A DNA stretch of 64,000 nucleotides from Sumerlaeia bacterium (lineage in GTDB: Bacteria > Sumerlaeota > Sumerlaeia > SLMS01 > JAHLLQ01): NCBI GenBank assembly GCA_040219255.1, contig JAVJSW010000027.1, positions 28,990-92,989 of the forward strand. Reading direction: 5' to 3'. The position numbers were made by a program, and so were the translations under genes. Numbering within the stretch: the first letter of the stretch is position 1; each line of letters begins with the position of its first letter. The notes beneath the pieces are model-generated. The model ran no database searches and was not told the DNA's origin. It saw only the letters and a program-made list of their open reading frames with translations. Below, in pieces: positions 1 to 9,388 of this stretch.

Positions 1-134
1 GCGATGGCTCGGGCATCACGCAGGCCGACACCGCCACCCTCTCCGGCGGCGAAGTGGGCACCGGCATCTTCGCCATCGCCCAGCAAGCCGCCGCCGCGGA
101 AGGAGATATCATCGACGTCCTCCTCACCCCCTAA
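1..134 (+). CDS. C-terminal part of phage capsid cement/decoration protein (DUF2190-like), truncated by window edge
   Basis: Frame from nt 3 reads DGSGITQADTATLSGGEVGTGIFAIAQQAAAAEGDIIDVLLTP*; the AxxxAxAxGDIIxVLL ending resembles DUF2190 cement proteins; lies directly upstream of the capsid gene. Confidence 0.65.
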   Translation, partial: DGSGITQADTATLSGGEVGTGIFAIAQQAAAAEGDIIDVLLTP

Positions 135-141
135 AACCAAG

Positions 142-258
142 GTAACACGGGCGTCCCGCCCGTGACCAGCCACCCCCAGCCCCCGGAACCGCCCCGCAGA
201 GAACAGCCACTTCTCGTCGGGAAATCGCCACCGATCACGGCCGAGACGGCCGTGCTAC
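142..258. repeat. Pair of GTAG-family REP-like palindromes
   Basis: GTAA-CACGGGCG-tcc-CGCCCGTG (142-164) and CACGGCCG-aga-CGGCCGTG-CTAC (236-258); first palindrome recurs at about 12053 and 29566. Confidence 0.7.
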
Positions 259-318
259 ACAGAAACCACCCTTCGGCTTATTTAGCCAAACCTACCAAAC
301 TTACCCAGGAGCAAACCC

Positions 319-1260
319 ATGCCTGATATCTCCACCGTTCACAACGACGTCGCCCTGACGAACGTCTCGGTCGCGTACCGCAATCCCATGCTGGCCGCGT
401 CCCTCCTCGCGCCGGAGGTCCTCGTCCGCCGGCAAAGCAACAAGTACTTCGTGTACGATCCGCAGCGCGAGACCGCTCGCCAGACCCGCGACGACCGCGC
501 CCCGGGCGCCGAAGCCAACGAAATCGATTTCGCCCTCTCCAGCGACTCCTACTTCTGCGGCGATCACGCCCTCGAATCGGTCATCCCCGATGAAGAACGC
601 GACAACGCCGACAGCCCCCTGGCCCCGGACGTGGATCGCACGGAATTCCTGACGGAGAAAATCCTCCTGAACCAGGAAATCGGGCTCGCCGAACTGCTGC
701 GCACCGCGCCGGAGATCCCCGGCGTGACCCTGGCCGGCAACGACCAATGGAGCGACAGCGCCAATTCCGACCCCGCGGACGACATCGAAACCGCCCGCGA
801 CGCCATCGCCGGCGCCACCCAGACCGTGCCCAACACCCTGATCCTGCCCCCAGCGGTGTACCAGAAACTGCGCCACCACCCGAAAATCGCCGAGCGCGTC
901 AAATACATCCGCCTCGGCATTCCGGGTCCGGCGGAGCTGGCCGAGTTCTTTGACGTCGAGCGCGTCATCGTGCCCCGCGCCATGGTCAACACCGCCGCCC
1001 GGGGCCAGGCCCCGGTGCTCGAGGACGTCTGGGGCAAGGACGCCTTCCTCCTCAGCGTCCCCAGCCGGCCGGGCCTGAAATCCATCGCGCCGGTCCTGAC
1101 CTTTGTCTGGGCCCGCGCCGAGGGCAGCCTGCAAGGCACCAGCGTCCAGACCTGGCGCGAGGAACGGCGCAAATCGACCATGATCCGCGTGCAGAAGTAC
1201 TACGACCAGAAGCTCGTCGCGCCCGCCGCGGCCTACGCGATCCGGTCGGCGGTGGCGTAG
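319..1260 (+). CDS. Phage major capsid protein (Mu-like / lambda gpE-like family)
   Basis: 313 aa, AGGAG RBS; motifs LTNVSVAYRN, APEVLV..QSNKYFVY, NDQWSDSANSDP..DI, PNTLIL...VYQKLRHHPKI resemble this capsid family; flanked by cement and gp36-like genes. Confidence 0.85.
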   Translation: MPDISTVHNDVALTNVSVAYRNPMLAASLLAPEVLVRRQSNKYFVYDPQRETARQTRDDRAPGAEANEIDFALSSDSYFCGDHALESVIPDEERDNADSPLAPDVDRTEFLTEKILLNQEIGLAELLRTAPEIPGVTLAGNDQWSDSANSDPADDIETARDAIAGATQTVPNTLILPPAVYQKLRHHPKIAERVKYIRLGIPGPAELAEFFDVERVIVPRAMVNTAARGQAPVLEDVWGKDAFLLSVPSRPGLKSIAPVLTFVWARAEGSLQGTSVQTWREERRKSTMIRVQKYYDQKLVAPAAAYAIRSAVA

Positions 1261-1262
1261 CC

Positions 1263-1634
1263 ATGAGCGCCCTCACCACCACCGATCTGGCCCTCGCCCT
1301 GTCCGGCGAAACGCTGGTGCAACTGACCGACGACGACCGCGACGGCTTTGCCGACGAGGCCGTTGTCGCCGAGGCGCTGGCCGGTGCGGAGCGGGAAATC
1401 CGCGACCGCACCGGCATGGCCGATGGCTCGCCGCTGGTGGGCGCCCGGCGCGATGACGCGGTGGCTCTGGCCGTCGAACGGCTGTTCCACCGCCGCCGCC
1501 AGACGCTCCCCAGCGAATGGGCCATCCGCGCCGCCGGAGCCCGCCAGCGCCTGCACCGCCTGCCCCACGGCACTGCCACCAACCGCACCCCGGACGACCG
1601 CGCCACGCGGCCCGGCAATCTGAACCGATACTAA
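1263..1634 (+). CDS. Mu gp36-like (DUF1320) head-tail adaptor
   Basis: 123 aa; LVQLTDDDRDGFADEAVVAEALAGAEREI matches the DUF1320 N-terminal pattern; follows the capsid gene. Confidence 0.75.
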   Translation: MSALTTTDLALALSGETLVQLTDDDRDGFADEAVVAEALAGAEREIRDRTGMADGSPLVGARRDDAVALAVERLFHRRRQTLPSEWAIRAAGARQRLHRLPHGTATNRTPDDRATRPGNLNRY

Positions 1635-1730
1635 ATATCGGAAATCACCTTTCGACCCCTGGGCATGGAAAGCGAACGAAGCCGTTCCGCTGTTTTCATG
1701 CCCTTTCCTAATTTTTGCAAAGGGTACAAA

Positions 1731-2747
1731 ATGCAAACCATCAATGAACGAAAGAGCGCCCTGATCGCCGCTCTTCAAACCCTTCTACCCGGCTGGCAAG
1801 TCCGCCCCGCCATGGGCGATCTCGATGCGGACAAACGCTTTGGTCTCGGCCACGCGCCGGAAATTCAGGTCGCCGCCGGGGGATGGAAACCGCCCGCTAG
1901 CGACCGCGGCCAGGGCGGCGGCACCGACCGCTGGCTGGTGCGCGTGGCGTCCGGCGATGTGCAGGGCGTGGACGATCGCCTCTGGGGCGCCGATGGGGTT
2001 CTGCCCGCCGCCGATGTCATCCGTCAAGGTCTGACCGGATTACAGTTAGCCACCGGCCACTCGCCTCTCCTGCCCGCCGGGGGCAAGCTCCTCAATGCCG
2101 GCCTGCCGGCCGTCTGGGAGGAGGTCTTCGAAGAAGCCCGACCCCTCGCCGGTCTGATCCGTGCGGCCTTTGGCGAGGGCCTGGAACTTCTCAACCTGAC
2201 CGGAGGCGCCGTCGCCCGGGGCGCCACCACTCTGCCCGATTTCGGCGCCGAGGTCGGCGATCTCGTGGGGCTCTACGATCTCTCGGGAGGCGCCATGGAA
2301 TTCCTCGGCGAAGTCCTCGCCAAAGACGCCGGCACCCTCACCGTCGAGCGCCCCACCGGCCAGGCCTTCAGCGCACTGGCCCAGGGCCTCCGCTTCGTCC
2401 ATCCCACGCGTCTGCCCACCGGCCCCGCCCTGCGCGGCGCCACCCGCCGCGAAGCCGCCACGCGCCAGGACTACACCCTCTCGGGCGCCAGCATCCGCAC
2501 CGTCCTCGCCCCCGCGCGCCAGGACCTCGATCTGACCTTTTCGCCCCTCACCGCCGCCATGGCGGACCCGCTCCGCGCCGCGTGGGACGCCTTGCTGGAC
2601 CAGCCCGAAATCGTCTGGGCCGATGGCGCAGGCGTCTTCCACCGCGCCGCCCCCCGCGCCGCCGCCGAGGTCTTTGGTCTCGGTCACAATCTCGCCGGAG
2701 TCCGTCTCGAAATGACGCTCCTGGGCACCCCGGAGGTAACCCCATGA
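1731..2747 (+). CDS. Mu gp37-like neck/terminator domain fused to a possible distal-tail-like C-terminal domain
   Basis: ATG at 1731; first ~135 aa (SALIAALQTLLPGW...RWLVRVAS...AADVIRQGLTGLQL) resemble gp37/DUF1834; C-terminal LDLTFSPLT...LRAAWDAL segment resembles Dit-like proteins (by eye). Confidence 0.5.
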   Translation: MQTINERKSALIAALQTLLPGWQVRPAMGDLDADKRFGLGHAPEIQVAAGGWKPPASDRGQGGGTDRWLVRVASGDVQGVDDRLWGADGVLPAADVIRQGLTGLQLATGHSPLLPAGGKLLNAGLPAVWEEVFEEARPLAGLIRAAFGEGLELLNLTGGAVARGATTLPDFGAEVGDLVGLYDLSGGAMEFLGEVLAKDAGTLTVERPTGQAFSALAQGLRFVHPTRLPTGPALRGATRREAATRQDYTLSGASIRTVLAPARQDLDLTFSPLTAAMADPLRAAWDALLDQPEIVWADGAGVFHRAAPRAAAEVFGLGHNLAGVRLEMTLLGTPEVTP

Positions 2748-5425
2748 GCACCGCTCTCCTGACCACCCTGACCGATTGGACGCTGACGGTGCGTTGGCTG
2801 TCCGACGATCTGACGCAAGTGTTCACCCCACAACACTTTGTAGCCCAGCCTACCTTTTCCGAATCCCTCTTCGCCCAGTGGCGCGATTCGGCCCGCACCG
2901 GCGTGCGCGGCGGGGGAGAATTCGTCCTCGATGGCGCCGCCGCTCCGGCGGCCGCGTTCCTGGCCCGCGCCCGGACGGCCGTGGCGGACACCGCCCAGGT
3001 CAGCCTCTCGCGTGGCGGAGAAACCGTGTTCTTCGGCCTGTTGGAACGCTGGGAAGCCGAACCCGGCCGCCTGACGATTCGCGTCAATCTCGAGGAACCC
3101 CTCGGCAACGACGCCCTGCTCTGTCGCGATCTGGCGGCGCTTGCCGAGGGCGCCGCCCTTGGCCTCGGCGAACCGCAATGGCTGCCCCAGATTTTCGGCC
3201 TTGCCGAGGGCCTGGAACTCGTGCCGCTGTTCCGGCCGCTGCGCGCCACGCTGCGGTCGAACTTGGGCGAGGCGGCCACCGAAATCCCACTCCGGGGCGC
3301 GGCCGCCGGGGAATTCCCCGCCACCGGCCGCGCCCAGATCGGCGAGGAAGTCGTCACCTACGCCAGCGTCCTCGCCGATCCGCCGCGCCTCGCCACGCTG
3401 ACCCGCCCCGCCGCCCGCGAGCACGAAGCCGGCGCCCCCGTTTTCCTGCTGCCTGCCGGCGATCCCGCCTGGGTCGCCGCCGACCACGGCGCCACCGTCG
3501 CGAACCTGCGCGCCGGGTCGCCATCGGGCGAAGTCATCGCCGGCGCCACCATCGCCCCGGCCACGATTTCCGGCCGCGACGCCACCACGGTTTCGCTGCC
3601 CGCCCTGCCCGTGACGCGCTTCGATGGGCCGGGCGAGCAAACATGGCTTGGCGCCTTGCGTCCGTCCGACTGGAACCTCGAAGCCCCCACCACCGCCACC
3701 TTCGCCGCCAACGCCTTTACCGGCGACGAAGGCCCCGGCGGCGCCAATCTGGCGGCTTCGACGAACGTGCTCGAAGCCACCTGGCTCCGCGATCTCGCCC
3801 GCACCAGTTTGCGCTTCTGGCAACTGCTCGACCTGCGCCTCCGCTTCCAGGTCCGCGCCCGTTCCACCTGGGGCGACACCACGAACCTGCGGGCCGAGGT
3901 CAGCCACGGCGCCAATAATTTCGTCCTCGATCTCGACAAGTTGGACGTCATCGTGTCCCAGCCCGCGCTCGACGGCGTCGCCGCGCTGGCTTCGCCCGCC
4001 GACCTGGCGCCCGCCCTGCCCGCGCCGGACCCCGCCATCGTGCGATTCGACGTCAGCACCGGCACCGACTCCAACGGCTGGGCGAACCGCCACTTTGCCG
4101 TTTCGGGCAATTTCGATCAGTGGGCCGTCTATGATCGCTCGGCGGGCGATAACATCGCGGGCAAGCTCACCGGCGTCGTCCATCGCACCGGCCTCGACCC
4201 CGATAAAGTCCTCGACCGCGTCAAGCTGCGGGCCCGCATTCGCGCGTCGTCCTTCAACCTGACGAACCTGAAAATCGTCGTTTCCGGCTTCATCAATACG
4301 AACGTCACCCGCTCCGTCTCCACCTCCTGGAGCACCATCGAACTGGACGCCGCGGCCAATGGCGCCACAGCGGCGGACCTGATCGGTGCGGCGTTCGAAC
4401 TCTATGAAGTCACTGGCGAGGATTTCGAGGTCGCCGGGTTCTGGATCGAGGCCACGCCGCTCGCCGGCGTTGGCTCCGCCGATCCCTACACGCCGGTCGA
4501 GCTCGCCCTCGCCGGCCAGGCCGACGCGCCCTCGGACTATCGCACCTTTGAAATCGACGTCTCCGCGCTTCTGCCGGCCGCCGACCCGTGGGCGCTCTTC
4601 ACCCCCGGCGGCGACGATCTGACGGTGCGCTTCACGCTGCAAGACGCCCCCTCCTATTTCGCCCTCGATCTGCGAGGCGTGCGGTGGGTCGGGCGCGCCA
4701 TCCCGCCGGGCAAGGCCGAAGCCACCGCCCGCCTCTTCGCCGACGTCACCGGCCGCCTCTCCGAACCCGATGGCGCCTGCGCGCCCGAGGCCGTGCTGGA
4801 AACGCTCCTAAGCGATGGGGATTTCCTGGCCCTGCCGGGCGACATCCTCGACAGCGCCAGCTTCATCGCCGCGGGTACCGAACTGGCCGCCCAGAACCGC
4901 CGCCTGCGGGCCGCCTTCGCCGAACGCCTCGCCATCCGCGACGCCTTCCGCCGGGCCCTCGCCGAGAGCTTCGCGGTCCTCGCGCCCTCCGCGGGCCGGT
5001 GGGCGCTGCGCGTTCTCGAAGCCACCGCCCTCACCCTGCGCGACGCCACAGAGGACGACCTCCTCCAATTTCCCGGCCCCCGCGCCGGCGCCCCGCCGCT
5101 CCTGCAAGCCGCCCGCCTCCGCTTCCTCGACCGCCACAGCGGCGCGCTCCTCGGCCAGGCCACCCGCCCGTCCGGCGCGGGCCAGGCCGACTGGACCGTG
5201 ATGTGGCTGGCCGACGGGTTCGCCGAACTCGCCACCGCCGCCTTCGCCCGCTTCGGCGTCCCCCACGAAGCCTGGACGGCGCCCCTCAGCCCCGCCTGGC
5301 TCGACCAATCCCTTGGAACCCATGCCAGGCTAACCGCCGAGGCCTGGGCCCTCGCCAACACCCCCGCCCCGATCATCGCAAGGCGCTTCGAGGCGGGGCG
5401 GCTGGAGGTGGAGGTTTTGGTGTAG
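2744..5425 (+). CDS. Large phage tail-tip/baseplate-hub-like protein
   Basis: ATGA overlap with previous gene; LPQIFG and IGEEVVTY...LTRPAAREHEAGAPV motifs recall tail-tip proteins; beta-rich central region. Confidence 0.55.
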   Translation: MSTALLTTLTDWTLTVRWLSDDLTQVFTPQHFVAQPTFSESLFAQWRDSARTGVRGGGEFVLDGAAAPAAAFLARARTAVADTAQVSLSRGGETVFFGLLERWEAEPGRLTIRVNLEEPLGNDALLCRDLAALAEGAALGLGEPQWLPQIFGLAEGLELVPLFRPLRATLRSNLGEAATEIPLRGAAAGEFPATGRAQIGEEVVTYASVLADPPRLATLTRPAAREHEAGAPVFLLPAGDPAWVAADHGATVANLRAGSPSGEVIAGATIAPATISGRDATTVSLPALPVTRFDGPGEQTWLGALRPSDWNLEAPTTATFAANAFTGDEGPGGANLAASTNVLEATWLRDLARTSLRFWQLLDLRLRFQVRARSTWGDTTNLRAEVSHGANNFVLDLDKLDVIVSQPALDGVAALASPADLAPALPAPDPAIVRFDVSTGTDSNGWANRHFAVSGNFDQWAVYDRSAGDNIAGKLTGVVHRTGLDPDKVLDRVKLRARIRASSFNLTNLKIVVSGFINTNVTRSVSTSWSTIELDAAANGATAADLIGAAFELYEVTGEDFEVAGFWIEATPLAGVGSADPYTPVELALAGQADAPSDYRTFEIDVSALLPAADPWALFTPGGDDLTVRFTLQDAPSYFALDLRGVRWVGRAIPPGKAEATARLFADVTGRLSEPDGACAPEAVLETLLSDGDFLALPGDILDSASFIAAGTELAAQNRRLRAAFAERLAIRDAFRRALAESFAVLAPSAGRWALRVLEATALTLRDATEDDLLQFPGPRAGAPPLLQAARLRFLDRHSGALLGQATRPSGAGQADWTVMWLADGFAELATAAFARFGVPHEAWTAPLSPAWLDQSLGTHARLTAEAWALANTPAPIIARRFEAGRLEVEVLV

Positions 5426-5515
5426 TGGCGCAGCCACAATTGGATTGCTACAACCCTTCCGGATCACAAGATTGTCATTAGAATATCTGGCGCGAGTCGT
5501 CTTAAGGAGGGGGCT

Positions 5516-8230
5516 ATGGAGCTTTCAATATTGAACGGAGAGACGGCTTCGCCCTGGACCAGGGCCACCCCCCTTGCGGTGGTGCTGCTGGCTGCCTTGG
5601 CGGTGCCACTCTGTGCCCAGGAATGGCGAGGTTTTCCGTTTCGAACCTTCGATGTAGGTGATTCGCCTGGAAGTATGATCACGGGGGACTTCAACAACGA
5701 CGGCATCACGGATCTCGCCACCGCCAATGGATTGTCCCACGATGTCACGGTGCTTCTGGGCAATGGGAGCGGGGGCGTCGGGGACTCCACTTTCGCCAGC
5801 CATGGTGCCTATGTCACGGGACGCGAGCCAGGTAGCGTGACGTCAGGGGATTTCAACGGCGATGGTATCACCGACCTTGTCACTTCCCATTTCGGTTCCG
5901 ATAACGTGTCGGTGCTACTGGGGAACGGGTCCGGTGGCGTGGGCGACGGGACCTTCGCCACCCATGTCGCCTATGACGCCGGCGATCAGCCGAACAGCGT
6001 GACCACGGGGGACTTCAACGGCGATGGCATCATAGACCTCGCCATCGCTAACCGACGTTCCGAGAACATCTCGGTGCTACTGGGCAACGGCAGCGGGGGC
6101 GTAGGTGACGGCACCTTCGCCGAACAAGTCACCTACGCCGCCGGAGACGCGCCCCGTAGCGTGGTGACAGGGGACTTCAACGGCGACGGCATTACCGACC
6201 TCGCCACCGCAAACTCCAACTCCGACAACGTCTCGGTGCTGCTGGGGAACGGCGACGGCACCTTCGCAACCCAGGTCACCTACGCCGCGGGGGATGGGCC
6301 CAACAATGTGACGACGGGGGATTTCAACGGGGACGGCATCACCGACCTCGCGACCGCAAACTCCGACTCCGACAACATCTCGGTGCTGCTGGGGAACGGG
6401 TTTGGTGGTGTGGGCGACGGCACCTTCGTCACCGATGTTGCCTATGGCGCCGGCGATGGGCCGAACAGCGTGACCACGGGGGACTTCAACGGCGACGGCA
6501 TCACCGACCTCGCCACCGCGAACTTGTATTCCGACGACGTCTCGGTGCTGCTGGGCAACGAGTCCGGGGGAGTGGGCGACGGCACCTTCGCCGCCGCAGT
6601 CAACTACAACGCGGCCAATGGGAACTTTAGCGTGGCGACCGGAGATTTCAACGACGACGGCATCACCGACTTCGCCATCGCGATCTCAAGCTCCGGCAAC
6701 GTCTTCGTGTTGCTTGGCAATGGCAGTGGGGGTACTGGTGATGGCACCTTTGTCTCTAAAGTTACATACGCCTCTGGGGCTTACCCCTTTAGCATCACAT
6801 TGGCAGACTTCAACGGGGATAGCGTCCCCGACCTCGCCACTGCGAACTCGTTTTCCGACGATCTCTCGGTGCTGCTGGGCAATGGGAGCGGGGGCGTAGG
6901 GGAAGGCACCTTCGCCCCCCCTGTCAACTATCCTGCAGGTGACTACCCATACAGCGTAACAACGGGAGACTTCAACGACGACGGTATTACCGACCTGGTC
7001 ACCGCGAATTTCTATTCCGACGAGGTTTCTGTGTTGCTGGGGAGCGGGTCCGGTGGGGTGGGCGACGGCACCTTCGTCCCACAGGTCACATTCGCCGCTG
7101 GCGACGGGCCTGTCAGCGTGGCGACGGGGGATTTCAATAGCGACGGCATCACCGATCTCGTCACAGCGAATTCGAGTTCCAGCAGTGTCTCCGTACTCTT
7201 GGGCAACGGGTCCGGAGGCGAGGGCAACGGAACCTTCGCAAGCCACACTACGTACGCCGTCGGGCACTCGCCCTGGAGCGCTACGACGGGGGATTTCAAT
7301 AGCGACGGCATCACCGATCTCGTCACAGCGAATTCAACCTTTGACAAGGTTTCGGTGCTGTTGGGCAATGGCTTCGGAGGAGTGGGCGATGGCACCTTCG
7401 CCACCCACGCCAGCTACCACGCCGGGAACTCACCAAGAAGCGTGACCACTGGGGATTTCAACAGCGATGGCATCACCGATCTCGCCACCGCGAATTACTC
7501 CTCTGAGGATGTATCGGTGTTGCTCGGCAACGGGAGTGGAAATACCGGAGACGGAACGTTCTCCGCCCCGATTTCCTACCCCGTCGAACGCGAACCCGTA
7601 AGCGTGATCACGGGGGATTTTAACAGAGATGGAATTACTGACATCGCCACCGCGAACAGAGGATCGAACAACGTCTCAGTACTGCTAGGCAATGGGCCCC
7701 GAGCCGTGGGTGACGGCACCTTCGCCGCCCAAGTCACCTATGCTACCGGAGATGATCCCATTAGCATAGCGGCCGGGGACTTGAACGAAGACGGACTCAC
7801 CGACCTTGTCGCTGCCAACACCCTCTCCGATAACGTCTCCGTGCTGCTGAACCTAGGATTATTCGAAGCTGAACCGGAACCGGACCCCGTCCTGACGCCC
7901 AACGCTCTGGTGTTCGGAAACGTCGAGGCGGGGTCCGGGTCGTCCAGCCTTCCCGTGGTGATCGAAGTCACGGGCGACGCGGATCTGATCTCGACTCCGA
8001 CTCTGACGAACGATGGCGGGGGTGTTTTCAGCATCACCGCGATCCCCGCTTCCCCTCTCGCGCAAGGGGCCAACGACACCCTCGAGGTGTCGTTCGCGCC
8101 TGATCGCCTCGGACGTTTTGTTGGCGAGGTAAGTCTCGCCACAAACGACCTGAGCAGCCCTGTTATCCTCATCCACCTTAGCGGCAGCAGCTTGGACCCC
8201 AGAGCTTCGACTGGCTGGTTGGCGAATTGA
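5516..8230 (+). CDS. Secreted FG-GAP/VCBS repeat protein (14 repeats) with C-terminal Ig-like domain
   Basis: AAGGAGG RBS, signal peptide (LAVVLLAALAVPLCA); 14 ~55-aa repeats TGDFNxDGITDLATAN...VSVLLGNG; LVFGNV...VSFAP...LATND Ig-like domain. Confidence 0.9.
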   Translation: MELSILNGETASPWTRATPLAVVLLAALAVPLCAQEWRGFPFRTFDVGDSPGSMITGDFNNDGITDLATANGLSHDVTVLLGNGSGGVGDSTFASHGAYVTGREPGSVTSGDFNGDGITDLVTSHFGSDNVSVLLGNGSGGVGDGTFATHVAYDAGDQPNSVTTGDFNGDGIIDLAIANRRSENISVLLGNGSGGVGDGTFAEQVTYAAGDAPRSVVTGDFNGDGITDLATANSNSDNVSVLLGNGDGTFATQVTYAAGDGPNNVTTGDFNGDGITDLATANSDSDNISVLLGNGFGGVGDGTFVTDVAYGAGDGPNSVTTGDFNGDGITDLATANLYSDDVSVLLGNESGGVGDGTFAAAVNYNAANGNFSVATGDFNDDGITDFAIAISSSGNVFVLLGNGSGGTGDGTFVSKVTYASGAYPFSITLADFNGDSVPDLATANSFSDDLSVLLGNGSGGVGEGTFAPPVNYPAGDYPYSVTTGDFNDDGITDLVTANFYSDEVSVLLGSGSGGVGDGTFVPQVTFAAGDGPVSVATGDFNSDGITDLVTANSSSSSVSVLLGNGSGGEGNGTFASHTTYAVGHSPWSATTGDFNSDGITDLVTANSTFDKVSVLLGNGFGGVGDGTFATHASYHAGNSPRSVTTGDFNSDGITDLATANYSSEDVSVLLGNGSGNTGDGTFSAPISYPVEREPVSVITGDFNRDGITDIATANRGSNNVSVLLGNGPRAVGDGTFAAQVTYATGDDPISIAAGDLNEDGLTDLVAANTLSDNVSVLLNLGLFEAEPEPDPVLTPNALVFGNVEAGSGSSSLPVVIEVTGDADLISTPTLTNDGGGVFSITAIPASPLAQGANDTLEVSFAPDRLGRFVGEVSLATNDLSSPVILIHLSGSSLDPRASTGWLAN

Positions 8231-8480
8231 ACCACCCTCAGCCCCCCCCCCGCCCGCCACCGTTCGAGCACGGTGGCGGGCGGGGGCTTGGGTTGGGGGG
8301 TCGCAGGCAGGAGTGCCTGCGCTACATCGGTTGATTGAGAAACATAAGGCTGAAATGTAGCACAGACTCTCCAGTCTGTGCCCAGCGGCGTTTTTCTCCG
8401 ACAAACCACCCTCAGCACTCGCAGCAAAAAGCCACCGTTCAAGCACGGTGGCGGGCGTGGGCGGGGGCTGAGGGTGGTGG
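8231..8480. repeat. Composite intergenic hairpin/REP cluster between convergent genes
   Basis: Two copies of GCCACCGTTC(G/A)AGCACGGTGGC bracket back-to-back REPs CGCAGGCA-ggag-TGCCTGCG-CTAC (8302-8325) and GTAG-CACAGACT-ctcc-AGTCTGTG (8357-8380). Confidence 0.75.
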
Positions 8481-8509
8481 GTGGCGGGCTGGAAGCCCGT
8501 GCTCCCGTC

Positions 8510-9388
8510 TTAGGCCTTCCGGAATCCGGCGCCGGAGAGGTCGCGGAAGCGGGCTTTGACGAATTGGTAGGCGCCGTAGGCGGCCACGCCGATGGCGACG
8601 ACTCCCAGCAGCCAGGGGCCGTAGCTGGTGGTGGCCAGGGTGTTCAGGGCTCCGCCGAGGCCGCGGGCTTCGTTGGGGTCCTGCTGGATGGCGGCGACGA
8701 TGAAGAACCCGCCGATGATGCCGAAAATCACGGCTCGCGAAGCGTAGCCCGCGCGGCCAAAGACCTTCACCGCTTTGGCGACTTTGTTGGTCATTTCGTG
8801 GCGCTTGAGTTTTTTCCAGAATTCCGCCTTCACCACGTTCTTGTAGAAGTGGATCAGCCCGACGATGACAATGATCGCGCCGAAAATCCCGACGAGCCAT
8901 TGGCCGAAGGGTTGGCTCATGAGCTTGGCGGTCCAGCCTTTGGCGCCGCCGCCTTGGCCGCCGCCGGAGCTGTTGCCGATGACGAGGGCGAAGGCCTGGA
9001 TCGCCAGACCGGTGTAGAGGACGGCGCTGGCACCGTGGTAGGCGCGCTTGACCCAGCCGGATTTGCCGTTGTTTTCGCGCTCGGGATCGAGGACCGCTTG
9101 GGCCGCTCGCCAAGCCACGTAGGCCACAAGGCCGATGCCCATAAGGACGAGCATGATCTGGCCAAAGGGTTCGTCGGCGATGGAGCTGATGGCGCCTTTA
9201 CTGCCGGTGACCTGGCCTTCGCCGCCGCCGGAGAAGGCGGCCTGGGCGGCGAGAACGCCGACGATCAGGTAAACGACACCTTTCGCCACAAAGCCGGTGC
9301 GGGCTAGGATTTCGAGAGGGGATCGGGAATCCCGGTTGGGCACCGCCTGGTCGGCGGCTTCGTGGGTCATGCCTTTCGCGTTCGCCAT
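8510..9388 (-). CDS. DUF1206 family membrane protein
   Basis: LARTGFVAKGVVY, PFGQIML, GRAGYASRAVIF, EARGLGGAL, YGPWLL repeated transmembrane motifs. Confidence 0.85.
   Translation of the reverse strand: MANAKGMTHEAADQAVPNRDSRSPLEILARTGFVAKGVVYLIVGVLAAQAAFSGGGEGQVTGSKGAISSIADEPFGQIMLVLMGIGLVAYVAWRAAQAVLDPERENNGKSGWVKRAYHGASAVLYTGLAIQAFALVIGNSSGGGQGGGAKGWTAKLMSQPFGQWLVGIFGAIIVIVGLIHFYKNVVKAEFWKKLKRHEMTNKVAKAVKVFGRAGYASRAVIFGIIGGFFIVAAIQQDPNEARGLGGALNTLATTSYGPWLLGVVAIGVAAYGAYQFVKARFRDLSGAGFRKA

Noticed and set aside
319-1260. Capsid gene as an encapsulin
   Set aside because: Neighbours are virion cement, adaptor and tip-like genes rather than cargo enzymes, and the motifs fit Mu-like/gpE capsids
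5680-7850. FG-GAP DNA repeats as a DGR template/variable repeat pair
   Set aside because: Repeats are in-frame protein repeats, differences are not adenine-specific, and no reverse transcriptase is present
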